A stretch of 64,000 nt of DNA from Puccinia triticina (Eukaryota), in NCBI GenBank assembly GCA_026914245.1, contig CP110440.1, positions 2,852,001 through 2,916,000 on the forward strand, read 5' to 3'. The translations under genes were made by a program, and so were the position numbers. The notes beneath the pieces are model-generated. The model made no database searches. It was not told the DNA's origin and saw only the letters and a program-made list of their open reading frames with translations. This document shows positions 1 to 13,166 of this stretch, piece after piece (the first letter of the stretch is position 1; each line of letters starts with the position of its first letter).

Positions 1-3000
1 AAAAATTGAGCCCACATGTGACCAGGCGCTCTACAAATTTGACAAAGACAAAATATCTCAGCCCCTTTGCACTTACTCATATCTAACCCTCAAGTCCTGG
101 TTGAAACAGTGTCTTTCCCAACCTCTTTTTGAATCTATGCTGGACTCAAGCCTTTCTGCGACTAGCTGGGAGTCACATCATGAAATGGAGGATGTGTGGC
201 ATGGACGTGTCTGGCCAGAATTCCCAAACTTGGAAGACAGAAGTGGGATCTACACAAGCAAATCAGGAAACCTTGTATTTAGCCTGTATCTCAACTGGTT
301 TAACGCTGAAGGGACATAAAATCTTGGGAAGCACGATTCAATCAGAGCTATTATCTTGATCTGTCTCAACCTTCCTCCAACTCAGCGGTACAAGATTGAG
401 AATGTCTTCCTGTTTGGTATTATTCCAGGACCAAAGGAACCAAGTCTAGATGAGGTTAACCACCTATTGCGGTCTCTGGTGAATAAATTGCAAGAATTTT
501 GGACCGGAATATTCTTTGAATCAACTGCATCTCACCCAAATGGACAAATGATAAGAGCGGTAATCTTTCCCCTTATTGCTGATCTTCCAGCTCTCCGCAA
601 GGCTGCAGGGTTTGGAAGCCATTCTTCAATTATGTTTTGCTCTTTCTGTACTTTGAACAAGCGTGACATTGCCAAGATGGATAAATCAAAGTTTCCTCCA
701 AGAACAGATGATGAACACTGGAAAAAGGCCGCTGCCTGGCTTGAACTCAAAAATCCGACTGACAGGAAAAAGTACGTTAAAGCACATGGCGCAAGATGGA
801 GTGTATTGAATGAGCTACCGTACTGGCAGCCAATTGAGTTTTGCTCCATTTAATTGATGCATGCTCTAATCCTTGGTGACTTGAAAGATCACTCAATAAA
901 TTTCATGGGTTTGCAGTTAGCCGGGTCAAAACTTCAAGATATGCAAGAGAAGGACAAGGAATGGCAGAATGATGCAACATACAGCTAGCATCCATTTGCA
1001 GCCAAGCCCATGGGGAAGGACAAAGGGAAACAGAAATTAGTTGATTTTGAAGAAGAGAATGCCAATCCTGACTTACCAAACAAGCAAATCCGTCCAGCTT
1101 CTTTGAGCAAGAGAGAAAAAGCAGCCCAAGGATCCGATTCAAATAGACTTCTCCACGGCAATCGTTCATGCTCTGGTTCTGAGGCAACTTCAGATGGATC
1201 AACTCAGCATTCTTATCAACTCAGACTCAAGAAAAAAGTGTTGTACAATGCAGATGAGGAGGTGACCACTGAATCAGATGACAATTGTGGCAGTGACCAC
1301 ACTGCCACTCAATCCCGGCACCAAGCCTGTCAACGTGCAATTTCACCAGTTCAAAATTTGGGTCGGCCTAAAATTTGTCAGGTTGTGAAAGCAAGCGCGG
1401 AAAGCTTCCTAAACTGTAAGCTTCCAAATCAAGAGGAAACTCGCGCTGTTGCTAAAGCCATGAAACCAGCCCTGCCCCAAAAAACTAACAATACACCAAA
1501 ATACCTTACTTACCGCAGCCTTGGCCAGCGTTGTTTCAGCCTCTAACCCTGACCCTTGGTCAGGTGCAGCGCAATCCCATACTGAACCCTGAATACATCA
1601 GCGAGAAAGGACGCCCAACTTGTCAAGTCTCTAACCTGTTAGTACAGTGAACTTTGCCTATAAAAGAGCGTGTTTGTCCAGCCCAAATTCTGACACCAGC
1701 CTCATTTTCAAATCTTTTCCTCCTGCAAAAGATCCAAGCAAAACTTACACGCTCTTAAACCTTGATTCCCGTCATCACCACATACCTTAAACTAAAATCT
1801 TAAAAATAGAAAAACACAATTCATCTTTTAACTTCTTCTCGCCTAATCTTCATTACACCCCAAAACTTGAAATTACCAAAAACATCCTTATTTCTCCATC
1901 CGCAGCTTCAGCTCTTTTTCCTAAAAACTGATTGACGCACTCTTGTTGCCTTCACACCTCATCCCATTCACCTCACAGAAGTCTTCAGACTACCACCCTT
2001 GCTCTTAGGTAAGAGCACCATTTTGTTCTTTCACTTTTTTGACTTCACTTTGTCAATCCTGCAACAAAAGGAACTTATGGAAATAAAAGAATCTTAGTTC
2101 TCCTGATTCTTACAAAATTTTGCCAGGAGAGTTGGACATAGTGCGGAGAAAAATTTTACACACCATGGTGCCCTCATGGATTGAATGTGTCCCGCGTAAC
2201 CTGGAATTGGCCAGCCATGGGTCTTTGAAGGCAGCAGAATGGTTAATCCTGTACAAGTTTTACTATCCGCTTTCATTGATCCCCCTGTGGACCAAATCAT
2301 ATGACAATTCAGCAACCAAGGAAAGCAAACAGAGGATATCTTCACTTCTGAAATCAACAACTACATTGTGCAAAGTTGTGCACTTCCTCACTCTTTGGAA
2401 GATCAAAATTTCAGACCTTGATGAACTGGACAATCTGATTTTGCAATACTGGAAAGTCCTCCAAGAATAATGGCCTGCACTAGCAAGCAAACCCAATCTA
2501 CATCTGACACAACATTACTCTGATTTTCTCCGTTGGTTTGGTCCACCTCGCTCCACAGCTGCCTGGGCACAGGAGAGAATGAATGGAATGTTGCAGAAGC
2601 TTCCAACCAACCATCACGTTGGTGAGTGAGTTCTCAACTGATATTTCTCAATGTGTATGTAAAAACTGAGTGTTTTTTCATGTGAATTACAGATGAAATA
2701 CCCAAGACATTGAGGAAGGTATGGCATATCAACTCAATGTTCCAGGAAATAATTCAAGAACATACTTCCAAACATCATCACGTCTTGCAGGAAAAGGTTG
2801 ATCCCAAAAGTGTGTCTACAAATCAGTTGAAGGGACCATTGATGTCCAAATGGAAGCAAGCGGTTGCTGGGAAGGAGGGGACTAGGAGGAGGCAGAGCAC
2901 AAGCGTAGAAGTACCTAACCTGGAGTCCGTAGTTGAAATTGTTGAATACTTGAAGCTTTATGGGAAGACATTCACCACCAAAGATCACCACAAAGGAAAC

Positions 3001-3411
3001 TTCTTAGTAGAGTTTTACCTAGGTAGAGATCAACAATTTGGGGAGGTGGTGAAAATATTCCAATCAGACCAGACACCAGGGAAAACTTGTTTCTTAGTAA
3101 AGCCATTCAAGGAGGTAGTAAGGGATGAAGATCCATATAGGGACTACCCAGATCTCAATTGTCGCCTGGTCCAGACAAATTATGAAGTTACAGAGGTGAT
3201 TGATAGTGAGAGGATCATTGGGCATGTTGCCATTCTTTTGAATCCAGCCTCAACCTTTGGATTCAAAACAGAAACCATTACTGCTGTGGGCCTGGGAACT
3301 GCGGTCAGTCTTTTCATCCAAAGGTTGTGTGGACTTATTTGGCTGACATTTTGTTTGGTTGGTGGTTGCATATGTACCTTGCAGGGGTGGGAGGGTTTGG
3401 GGGAAAATTAG
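1..3411 (+). pseudogene. CACTA/EnSpm (Tnp2/Transposase_21-like) transposase, decayed, 5' end outside window
   Basis: Motifs ICLNLPP..RYKIENVFLFGIIPGPKEP, PLIADLPALRKAAGF.SHSS..FCSFC, VPSWI..VPRNL..ASHGSLKAAEW and KPNLHLTQHY...WFGPPRSTAAWAQERMNGML. Internal stops. GT-AG intron 2622-2692. Split by solo LTR 1376-2114, whose removal restores RPKI|LPGELDIVRR in frame. Confidence 0.85.
1376..2114 (+). mobile_element. Solo LTR (739 bp) inserted in the transposase
   Basis: TGTCAGG...TTCTTACA termini; 5-bp TSD AAATT (1371-1375 / 2115-2119); TATA-like CTATAAAAG near 1658. Confidence 0.85.
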
Positions 3412-3982
3412 AATATTTGAAAAAAAGGCACCTGCGTGTGTTGTCCTTTGTTTGCATCACAGGATCACACCTGCATTTATATACACCAATCTTGTCCTCC
3501 AACTGATACCAATGATTGGTCTTTGTCAGGATACCGTTATTCCCCAAATTTTTGTTCCGCTTCACCATTCATCCAAGTTCACTTCACGGTCTTCTCATCA
3601 TCCTTTGCCTCTCCCATACCTGGCTTGCAACTTTTCCAAACAAAATTTGCTATAGAATGTACCCTATGTTACACTGTTGAACAGAAACACATTATTAACT
3701 TGATTCTTTGCTCTGTAACCGATTGAATACTTCAAATGTGCCATGGCTTCTGAAAATAGTGAAAGAGATCATTCAAGGGATGAGGAACAGGGAGACGGTT
3801 TGAAAGTAGTTGATCAAGACAAAAGTTGGATTTTGGCCATTGTTGATGGTTTTGTTTCTTCCAATGGAATTTCGGACCCAACAAAAAATGCACCAGAGGG
3901 TTAGTTACATTTTTTACCCTATAATCCCACTCCTGCTCACGGTCCTGACTTTTGTGGTGGTGTAGGAGGAAATTCACAAAAT

Positions 3983-5429
3983 ATGAAGCAGCCAAGAAAT
4001 TTGCCCAAAACATCTTGTTTGTCCCCAAAGGTGGTAGTCCAGAATGCCATGCAAGAAAAGGATAAGTTGGAATCAGATGAGAATGACGTACGAGCTGAGA
4101 AGAGACTAAGGGGAAGCACAGGCAAACAAGCTCTGGCCAAACACTGCGACAAGTATTTGCGGAGCATCCAAAGCTTTATCAAGTGCTTTCTTGGCAATCC
4201 AGAGAAGCCACAAGATTATTCACCACCTCCAACTTCAGACAAAATGAAGGCAATTTACTGGGTGGAGAGAAGGGCCGATTCAATAAGAAAACAACTAGCT
4301 CAATTACGCAAAGTGCTCCACCAGAAGCCACCTGCAGAGATTGAATTTTTGGTTTCTTGTGTGGAAAAGGAAATATGGAAGAATATCAAGATGCCGTCTT
4401 TCACCCCTGCTTTCCAGAAGGGTACCCATTGGGGTCAAATTGTCAGTGTGCAAACAAAGGACAATGTGGAGAGGGCGCTGTCTCTGGCCGGAATCTCAAG
4501 AGTGAGTTTTGACTGGGAAGTACGCCATGGCTCCAAATCACCATGGAACTCTGCCATTGTGGAAGTCCTAGGAAGCCGGTCTGTTGAATGGCTCTGCCGC
4601 TCCATGCCAATAACAAATGAGAAGGCTGGTCAAGTTTTGGCTATAATACTACAATGGGTCCATACAAAAAGTGGAGAGATTCTAGAATCTGCAAAGTTGG
4701 GCGGCAATGCGTGCAACAAGGCAAGAGAAGCACAAGTAAAAAAGGCCCAATACCAGAGATGGAAGAAAAAGGTGTGTTGATTTATGAATGGTTTTTCACT
4801 GGGGCCCAGGGTGACCAATACTGAACTGATGATGCATATTACAGATAAAGGAGAACAGATGCTTGATGGTCAGGAAGGTCTTGAGAGACAATGTTGCTCT
4901 AGCCGCAATCTGTGAAAACAAGGAATGTGGCTCCAATATCAAAGATGGACCACCAAACCAGTTACCAATCACCCATAGCCCAAACTGGAGTAGCAGTTCT
5001 CTCACCTCCATCCTTCACTGTTTGGACAAGATGGTGCAAGCCCAGGCAACACACCACCAAACCATCAAGAGCAACCAGTCACTTTATGGACAATCACAGA
5101 AACTCTTCAAGAAATTCACAAGGGTGAGAGGTGTGCCCAGGGATCTTCTGCGGGATGGCTATGACAATAGATGGTGGGAGACGTTGAGTACTTTTGACCA
5201 GCAAACCGTATAACAAGAGGGTCCAATTGGTCTGGAGGAGATTGCACGGAATATGGAGAAACACTGTCATGGTGCAATGATTAGAACCAGTTCAAATGCA
5301 GAATCTGGATCCTCAACCCAGAAAAACAACAAGCAAAGACTTGAAGGCAAATCCGAGCCTGGCAGTTCTAATGCTGGTGCGGCAGGAGGAGAAAACCCAA
5401 TTTCCAGCAAGACCATGAATGTCAATTAG
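3983..5429 (+). pseudogene. Second (accessory) gene of the CACTA element, unknown function
   Basis: ORF 3983-4771, intron 4772-4844 (GT...ACAG) joining in frame to 4845-5213, apparent premature TAA, reading continues to TAG at 5429. Same strand as, and downstream of, the transposase. Confidence 0.6.
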
Positions 5430-5646
5430 TTTGATTTCAGATTCACCTTAACAGTGAAATTATTTGTGTTTGCCACAAAACATAAAATCAATTCCTTTGC
5501 TCAGAAGTGAGGATACACCTGCATCCTCTATTTTTGTTTAATTAGGCTGTGTACACACAGCTGGGTCCCAGGTGGTCCATGTTTTGCTGTCAATCTATTG
5601 TACGCACGTACAATAAGGTGACAGGGTGTGTGCACTAGTGTGAGAT

Positions 5647-8280
5647 TGTCAGCTGGCAAGTAAAAACTCTCTACCCCTTAGATAGTTGTATTATTTTATA
5701 CTACATCATCTGCACTCATACCAAGTTTCACATATGTTTCACTTTCATTTCCCTTGTTATTAACATGTGCTTTATGCTTCTATCTAGTGACACTTGTATG
5801 ATTGAGCTTATAAGTTGTACTCACTGGATTCTATAGTTCCTGAGACTTTCAGAAGAGACAATAATAGAACTTCATTTTATTTACTCATTCCTCTTGAGCT
5901 TGAAGATACATCAACCAATCACTACTTCAAGTTTGCTCAACCCTCTCAAATCAACAGATCACTGTCTGGATTGCTGATCCTGAATTTCTCAAATCATCAA
6001 AGACTGGGTGTAAAATTTTTGGATCGGATACAACCTCCTCTACGGCTTGGAGCCACTGGTCAATCCCAGTAAACTTCCATTGAGTGGATTCACATCTTCT
6101 CCTGAGTAACCCACCGCTGACAATTGGCAACCACCCCTTTTACCCGTACACCTGGAAAGCCCTGTGCGGACGGAACCCTCTTCTACAAGGATTCATCTTT
6201 TTTTTTCTGTTTTTTAAGAGTAGTAAAGTCTGGTCTCACCTCGCGGATTAACACAGAATAAATCAGCATTCAATTCTCAGTCACCTCAGCTCTTCATTGC
6301 ATGCTGTTGCTTGTTGTTGTTGTTTGTTGGTCAAAGGATTGCTTTCGGAGGCTCTCTTTGTCGGACACTGTCACTCGTTGTCGTTGTTTGTGAGTCAAAA
6401 GATTGCTTTTGGAGGGTCTCTTCATTGGATGCTGTCACTTTGTTACGTTTTGGTCTTAGGAGCGCTTTAGGACGCTCTCTTCATTGGACGAAATCTCAGA
6501 AGGCAAGAGCTTGCCCTTGCTTGTCTTTTTATCAACATGTCTACCAAAGCAGAAATCAGCTCAATTCGTCAGCAGCTTGCTCAACTTCAACTACAGCTTA
6601 GCACTCTTGAATCAAGGTTGAAATCAAGCAGTTCAAAGTCAAAAGAATAGAATAGAACAAAGAAATCCATCCCTGGCGAGTGTCCTGCACCCAGCAATAT
6701 TAACATCTCGTGTATTCCCGCTTCCACAAGAAGACCAAGCTCAGCGTCCAATCGATGTTACGAAACGCTTCAAAGTTGCTTGTATAAGGTCATGCAACAT
6801 CTCATCAATGTTGTAGATGCCTCGCAGACAGACCAGGCAACTTGCAAGAAGACCGCTACATCTATCCGCAAGCAATGTCAATTTAATTCCAAGCTCTACC
6901 AGGAAAATTGGGGTCCTACAAAGACAACCAAATTGGGATCTTCAGCGTCAAAACAGCCTTACACCTCTAACATCCCTCAAGTCTTCCATCCCCGTTGACC
7001 TCGCAAGGATTCCAAGGCGCTTGGTAGGCTCATCTTGTCGGCTGCGCATCCCCACCTGCCTCACGAAGACGCTCACTTGTCAAACCAGCCGACTTCTGAT
7101 GAGATAGCTAAGGCCAAAGCAAGGAAGTTGAGCGCTCTGGGCCACCGATATCGTTCCAACAACCAAACGGATCTAAACCTGTTGACTGCGAAGAAGTCGT
7201 GTCAAGCAACATCCTCCATGCAGCTACCCTGTGTCCATCAGAAATTACAGCAGGCCTTGCTGTGAAATCAAATCACAAGCCTAGTCCATCTCAACAGCCT
7301 ACCAATACCCTAGTCCAAGTTAAAGCCAAGAAGGACGTCTTTTTGTTGAACACCCCAAAGAAGAACGCCGACCGATTTGAAATCCTGAAGCTAGATCCTG
7401 CTGTCTTGGTTTTGCTACCATTTCCTGGAAACAAATACAAGTGCTTCACAACCAAGTCAACAACTCAAATCAAGAACTTACCTCAAGCATCTGCTTCACT
7501 CATTCGGCAGCAAACCTTAGGAGTGTGGGAATGGAGAGAAGGAACTTCAACAGCCACATTGTATGAATACAGGGTCTACACTCCAGAAGGAACTGTTGAC
7601 AGGAGAAGATTCAAATATGTTGGCTGGGCTTGGAAAGGTGAATTGGATCAACAACCTCCTAGAATCAAAGACCTTCCTAGTGATGTTTCTCAGGATTGTG
7701 ACACTCTGCGCTGGTACTGGTTCAAAAATATTTGGCTTCTCTTCTATTATGATTGATGTGATAGTCCTGTCCTTTTTTTTATTGTTCTTTTAGTGGTATC
7801 AAATGTTAGCTGGCAAGTAAAACCTCTCTACCCCTTAGATAGTTGTATTATTTTTTACTACACCATCTGCACTCATACCAAGTTTCACATATGTTTCACT
7901 TTCATTTCCCTTGTTATTAACATGTGCTTTATGCTTCTATCTAGTGACACTTGTATGATAGAGCTTACAAGTTGTACTCACTGGATTCTATAGTTCCTGA
8001 GACTTTCAGAAGAGACGATAATAGAACTTCATTTTATTTACTCATTTCTCTTGAGCTTGAAGATACATCAACCAATCACTACTTCAAGTTTGCTCAACCC
8101 TCTCAAATCAACAGATCACTGTCTGGATTCCTGAGCCTGAATTTCTCAAATCATCAACGGCTGGGTTTAAACCTTTTTGGATCGGATACAACCTCCTCTA
8201 CGACTTGGAGCCACTGGTCAATACCAGTAAACTTTAATTGAGTGGATTCGCATCTTCTCCTGTGTAACCCACCGCTGATA
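5647..8280 (+). mobile_element. Non-autonomous LTR retrotransposon (2634 bp; LTRs 5647-6122 and 7804-8280)
   Basis: Two ~476-bp direct repeats TGT(C/T)AGCTGGCAAG...CCACCGCTGA(C/T)A; exact 5-bp TSD GAGAT (5642-5646 / 8281-8285); no gag-pol motifs in the 1.68-kb interior. Confidence 0.93.
6537..7756 (+). pseudogene. Orphan gene inside the non-autonomous LTR element
   Basis: ATG at 6537 starts MSTKAEISSIRQQLAQLQLQLSTLESRLK (heptad-like), then stops/frameshifts; the C-terminal 185-aa ORF 7199-7756 is Trp-rich. Confidence 0.45.
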
Positions 8281-8939
8281 GAGATTGTGTGTGATATTTT
8301 GAGGGAGCCTGCAAATTAATCTTGTATTGATTTGTGAAACTTGGCCTGGACTCTGCATGAGTGTCACTGGATTGTACGTGCGTACAATGGGGTGACACAG
8401 TTTTCCCGCACTTCAGCTAGACTTCCAGTGCCCTACAGTGAGGGGTCCGCACACCAAACTTCTGGTCAAACAAGCAGATTTGGTTGATTATGTTGCTAGA
8501 ACTACCTCACTGCATGCATACATCACCATGAGACCAGGTGTCCAAGTCTCATGATTTCACACATGTTCTAGACTAAATTTTGACAACTGCATAATATGAC
8601 ACACCCTAGAGCAACAATCAGCCTTTCCAGAGATCTTTTTTGTGTCTGTGAATGATGTGCTTAATTTCCTGATGAGCTTGTCTGCACCTTACTGAGTTTG
8701 GCCAAGGACAACAAGCGTGTCAGCTATACCCATCACAAAGGTAGATTGTGGGTGGACAATTGGGAATTGGAATAAGTCAACACAATGGGTTATTCTAGAA
8801 AAAAATCTTGACAGAACATATAAGAACTCGCCTCCAAGGCCTCCTTAGCTTCTGTTCCCCTCATCCCACCTGCATATTTACTTATTTCTCATCTACTTCT
8901 CTTTGCCCTCACAAATCAATACCCCCAGTTGCCACCAAG

Positions 8940-10480
8940 ATGACCACCGGTGTACCTTCTGTTGTTGCTCAATCCAATGAGACCCATGAATCACTCAATC
9001 CCTCCATCACCCGAGCACCTTCCAGTACTCCACCACCAAGTAGGTTATCCACATCACTCTGAGATCTCCCCCCTCACATCCATTCTGATCTCTCCCCCAG
9101 CTCAACAGGTTATACAAGCCAACTTTCCGTCAATGCGCTCAGTTCCGCCAACATTTGAAGAGTTTTCTTTCCAAAGCAATGAACCTGGGCCAGCTCTCCC
9201 TCCCAATCCTACCAAACCAATTCTTGACACTGAAATCCAGCAGATCACAGCGGAAGAATTTGGGCAATCAATAATTGCAGCCCAGAAGGCTACTGATGGA
9301 CTCCGCAATCTGAAGCTCCCTCAAAGTGCAAAAAATCTAGTTAAATTGCTTGGGGATACCTTGACCACCACAAAACCCAGTGTGTCATTTCTTCTTCCTG
9401 TCACTCATGCCTACACCACCATGACTGACAAGTGCTCCCTTGCCAGAATTTGAGGAAACAGGTGAAATTCCAGATGATGAAGCCATCAAGATCACCACAA
9501 TCAAATCTGGCCAAACATCACCATCAACATCTCAGAGCGGCACCCAGGACCCAAAGAAAAGATCCAACAAAGGAAAAGGCACCAAGCCTGTTGATCTCTT
9601 GAGCAAGAAACCCAGTGTTGAACTTCCACCAGACCAGCCCAAACAATCATTTGTTGAAAACAATCTTGATTCAACTTCACTCCCAATCCCCGGCAAAGAT
9701 AGGCCTGAAAATCCTCCTTACCAACAGTTCCCGTCCGCTCCAGCAGCCTCAGATGCTACCACTGCTGGCACTCCCACTCATTCCGGCCCCCAGGACAACT
9801 TGATTGATAGTGCACCAACTCCAGGTGCTGATCCTCTAGATCTTGCTCTGCGCGCTTCTCAAAGTCCAGGCCCCAACCCCCACCTGGAAATTCTTCCAAC
9901 ATCTGCTCCAGGGGATGAGGTTCAACAACCAACCTCACTTGCCATTAAAACTCCTGCTTTCAGCCATCCCAATCCCCATGACTCAAGTGCAGCTCTGTCC
10001 AACTCCCTGCAAGCATCCCCTTGCTAGTCTCACAGTGTGCATTGATATTCCCTAGCAGCAGCCTTGTCCAAACTCAGCAAGTCCCTGGAAGGTTCCCAGC
10101 TTTCAATCCCCCTTGGCAGCACCTCTCAGCCTGGTCAGCAGCATCACCCTTTCACCTCCTCTTTCTATCAGGATTTCTTGACCTCACAACTCCAACAAAC
10201 CATTGCAAAACTGATTGAGCAAACCTGATAACTCTCTTTTGCTCAATCTTACTTGTTTATGCTTGCCAGGATCATGCGTCCGCATCTCACTTTACTCAAT
10301 TGGGCTCCTGCAAACAAACGCCAAGCAGATGACGCGGAAGCGCCCTTGTCCAGCGCACCAAACAAGGCTTGTCAGCGTGGCATTCCTGATGCTCTTGCAT
10401 GTCTCCTGATTCTTCCACTTGTCCATCTCCCCTCTCAATCTCCATCTCCTTTCCCTCCTATCACCCTTCACCCTCTTCCT
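8940..10480 (+). pseudogene. Pro/Ser/Thr-rich low-complexity coding remnant
   Basis: Overlapping + ORFs 8808-9062, 8950-9453 and 9440-10027 joined by frameshifts; disordered-type composition. Confidence 0.45.
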
Positions 10481-10629
10481 CTTTCATAATACCCCCCCCC
10501 CTTGCTTTGCTTCAGAACCCGGGCCTCTTGGCCTTGCTTTCCTATACTGACAAGCACCTGTCTCTCTCTCTCCCAATGATCATCCTTGCTTTGCGATACA
10601 CCTGACCAACTGCTCTCCATCAAACCCAT

Positions 10630-11887
10630 CATGTTTGGTCTCTGAATCTAGTTGTCTTCACTGGGGACAGAAGCAATTGATGTAATTGTTTGCAACCCGT
10701 CATTGGATCATTCAAAAATTTAATTGCCTCCTCCCACCCTTCCTCAGAAGTCCATACCTCCCTCCTGAATCCACCAACCCTTCTTTTCTTTGGTGGATTG
10801 TTCAGCAGAGCTCTAACAAATGACCTCTACTCATGCAATTCCAACGCCGCACAACATCAGTTGACTGCAACTATCATCAATAATTGAGGCCCAGCCCCTT
10901 CTCCACAATCTCATGCAATTCTGGCCGCAATTGATGGCCAGATCTTTGTGTGGGGTGGTCAGACCACATCTTCCCTGCTAGACACTGCTGTCTACTGCCT
11001 TACCTTATCAACACACTACTGGCATTGCTACAAGATTTCGGGACCATCACCCAATTTGATATTTGGCTCTTCATCAACAGTTTTTGAAGGGTACCTCTAC
11101 GTTTATGGCGGCCACCAGGTCAACGGCTTGATCACTGGCGATCTATGGCGGATCAGCTTAGACCATCCTATGTTTCTTCCTGTGACCTCCAATAACAACA
11201 AGCCAGAACTGACAAAAAATCCTCCAACCTGACCTCTTCTTAGTGCAGTCCGACTCATTGTGTGAGCTCCTTGCACCCGCCGCCACCCACCTTGTTCCTC
11301 CTGCTTGAACTGGCCACTTGGCTGTGGTGTATGCAAGCTCTTGGCTTGTCTTTGGTGGCACAAGTGGTGCAGGCATGTTGAATGATCTCTGGGAGTTTTG
11401 ATTCCACGCAAGAGAGTGGCATCAAATTCAATGCAACGGATTAGTCCCAACTCCTCAAAGGGGCCTTCTTCTTGTGCTGGTTGCAAATAAATTGTACGCT
11501 CTTGGGGGCTGTGATATTGCAAATGAAACCCTTGGTGACTTCTGTGCACTTAACCTTGACAGTAATCTGCTGTTGCATTTTTCTTTCTCCTTTTTGATTG
11601 CCTCATTCCCAAATACTGACCATTGACTTGCATTGATTCCAGCCTACGTTTGGAAAAAACTGTCTTCAGATCATTTTGAACAGGTCTCTCCTTGCGGGAA
11701 ATTTGTTACTGCATGGGAAGAAACAATCTATGTTGTTGGTGGCAAATCCTCAAATTCAAGCGAGTGGACGGATTGGCATTTCTACCATACTCTGAACATT
11801 GCCTCCACTTCAGTCACTCACCTTCTTGAAGATCAAGAGATACCATTGACTTCTGCCAATGATCATCCAACCAACAAACAGCCGTAA
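10630..11887 (+). pseudogene. Kelch-repeat (beta-propeller) coding remnant
   Basis: Repeated kelch GG motifs LLFFGGLFS..LTNDLY, IFVWGGQT, YLYVYGGHQ..ITGDLW and IYVVGGKS; internal stops. Confidence 0.75.
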
Positions 11888-12149
11888 GTTTCTCCTCACA
11901 TCCAAACCTCAATCAACTCCCTTAATTTGTGTATGCAGTGTTGCGTGGGGGTAGTGCAGTTGGTGTGACCATCATTTGTGCCATGGCTATCCTTACAATG
12001 CACTGCATGCATTTTACTGAATTGAGCAGGAGAGCAGAGGACTGACCATCATTTGGACCGTGCTCTCCTGGCTCATGTATATTCCTGCTTCTCCATAAAA
12101 AACCAATGATAATGTCACCAGAACACTAATTTTTGCTACTGATGTCATC

Positions 12150-12693
12150 ATCCCAGGACTGGCAAGCGCATTCGTCCTCAAAAACATTCCAAACAATGGC
12201 ATTGAGTCCAGGAAAAAGGTGAACAACCGGTTTGCAATCCTGGCCAGCACCAGCATATTTACCACTTCGCCATCCCTCTATTGCGGCAACACAATCCCTT
12301 CCCTGACAAAACATTCACCACCTGGGCAAAAATTGAAAAATACTACTTCAGCATCTCACACGGTGTTTGCCTTGTGGCGCCAAACAACCTACCCCCCTTC
12401 TGCATGGCTGTGTGGTATCCCTTTGAAACAATGCCTTCTGAAGAGAAGAGGGGTTGGGAAAGGTTTGTCTTGCATCTTCTCAGTCGCACCAACTACGTCG
12501 TTGCTTGGGTCCAAACCAATGGGGAACAGCAAGGAGGAGAGATGTGGGGAGACGGTTGGCCCAAGTGTTCCAAAAAAACTGAATTCTTTGGAAGATTTCA
12601 TGCTCTGTCAAACATTTGCGCAGACAAATGAGGCTCCTCAACTTCAACCCTGACAATCAGCAGGCCTGACTTCTTGAAGCTGGCCAATGGATC
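12150..12693 (+). pseudogene. N-terminal part of a fungal Tet/JBP-like 2OG-Fe(II) dioxygenase, truncated by an LTR
   Basis: VQTNGEQQGGEMWGDGW(P)KCSKKTEFFGRF resembles the NG...GG.M...GWRK.....FGRY segment I recall from basidiomycete/rust Tet-like oxygenases. The catalytic HxD...H part is absent. Confidence 0.6.
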
Positions 12694-13166
12694 TGTCAGC
12701 GGTGGGTTAATTGGGGGAAGATGGGAATCCACTCAATGGAAGTTTACTGGAATAATCCGGTGGCTCCAAGTCGTAGATGGGGTTGAATCTGATCCAAAGA
12801 GTTTACGCCCAGCCAATGATAAGTTTTGAGACAGTCAGGCTTGAGTTTCCAGACAGTGATTTGTTGATATGAGGGGAACTGGCTATTTGAAGTAGTGATT
12901 TGTTGATGTGTCTTCAAATAAAGAGGAATGAGTAAAAGATGTTTATTATTTTTGTCTCTTCTGAAAATCTGGGGAACAATAGAATCCAGTGAGTACAACT
13001 TATAAGCTCTATCATACAAGTGTCACTAGATAGAAGCATAAAGTAGATGTTAATAACAGGGGAAATGGAAGTGAAACATATGTGAAACTTGGTATGAGTG
13101 TAGATGGTGTAGTAAAACCTGATACAGCTATCTAAGGGGTAGAGAGGTTTTACTTGCCAGCTGACA
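12694..13166 (-). mobile_element. Solo LTR, reverse-oriented diverged copy of the 5647/7804 LTR family
   Basis: TGTCAGCGGTGGGTT...CTTGCCAGCTGACA is the reverse complement of that LTR; flanks GGATC / CATCC do not form a TSD. Confidence 0.9.

Larger units (their letters stand above)
5560..8440 (+). mobile_element. Probable right subterminal region and end of the CACTA element (ends CCCTACAGTG, i.e. a CACTG-type terminus), interrupted by an LTR element
   Basis: Palindromic motif ATTGTACG(C/T)(A/G)CGTACAAT..GGTGACA occurs at ~5597 and ~8371, on both sides of the LTR insertion; CAGTG at 8436-8440. The left end is not in the window. Confidence 0.4.

Noticed and set aside
5633..5640. CACTAGTG as the right end of the first CACTA element
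   Set aside because: The same subterminal palindromic motif continues after the LTR insertion (~8371), so the end is probably further right.
7793..7801. TGGTATCA as a tRNA-iMet primer-binding site
   Set aside because: It lies immediately before the 3' LTR on the + strand, which is the PPT position, and the match is short.
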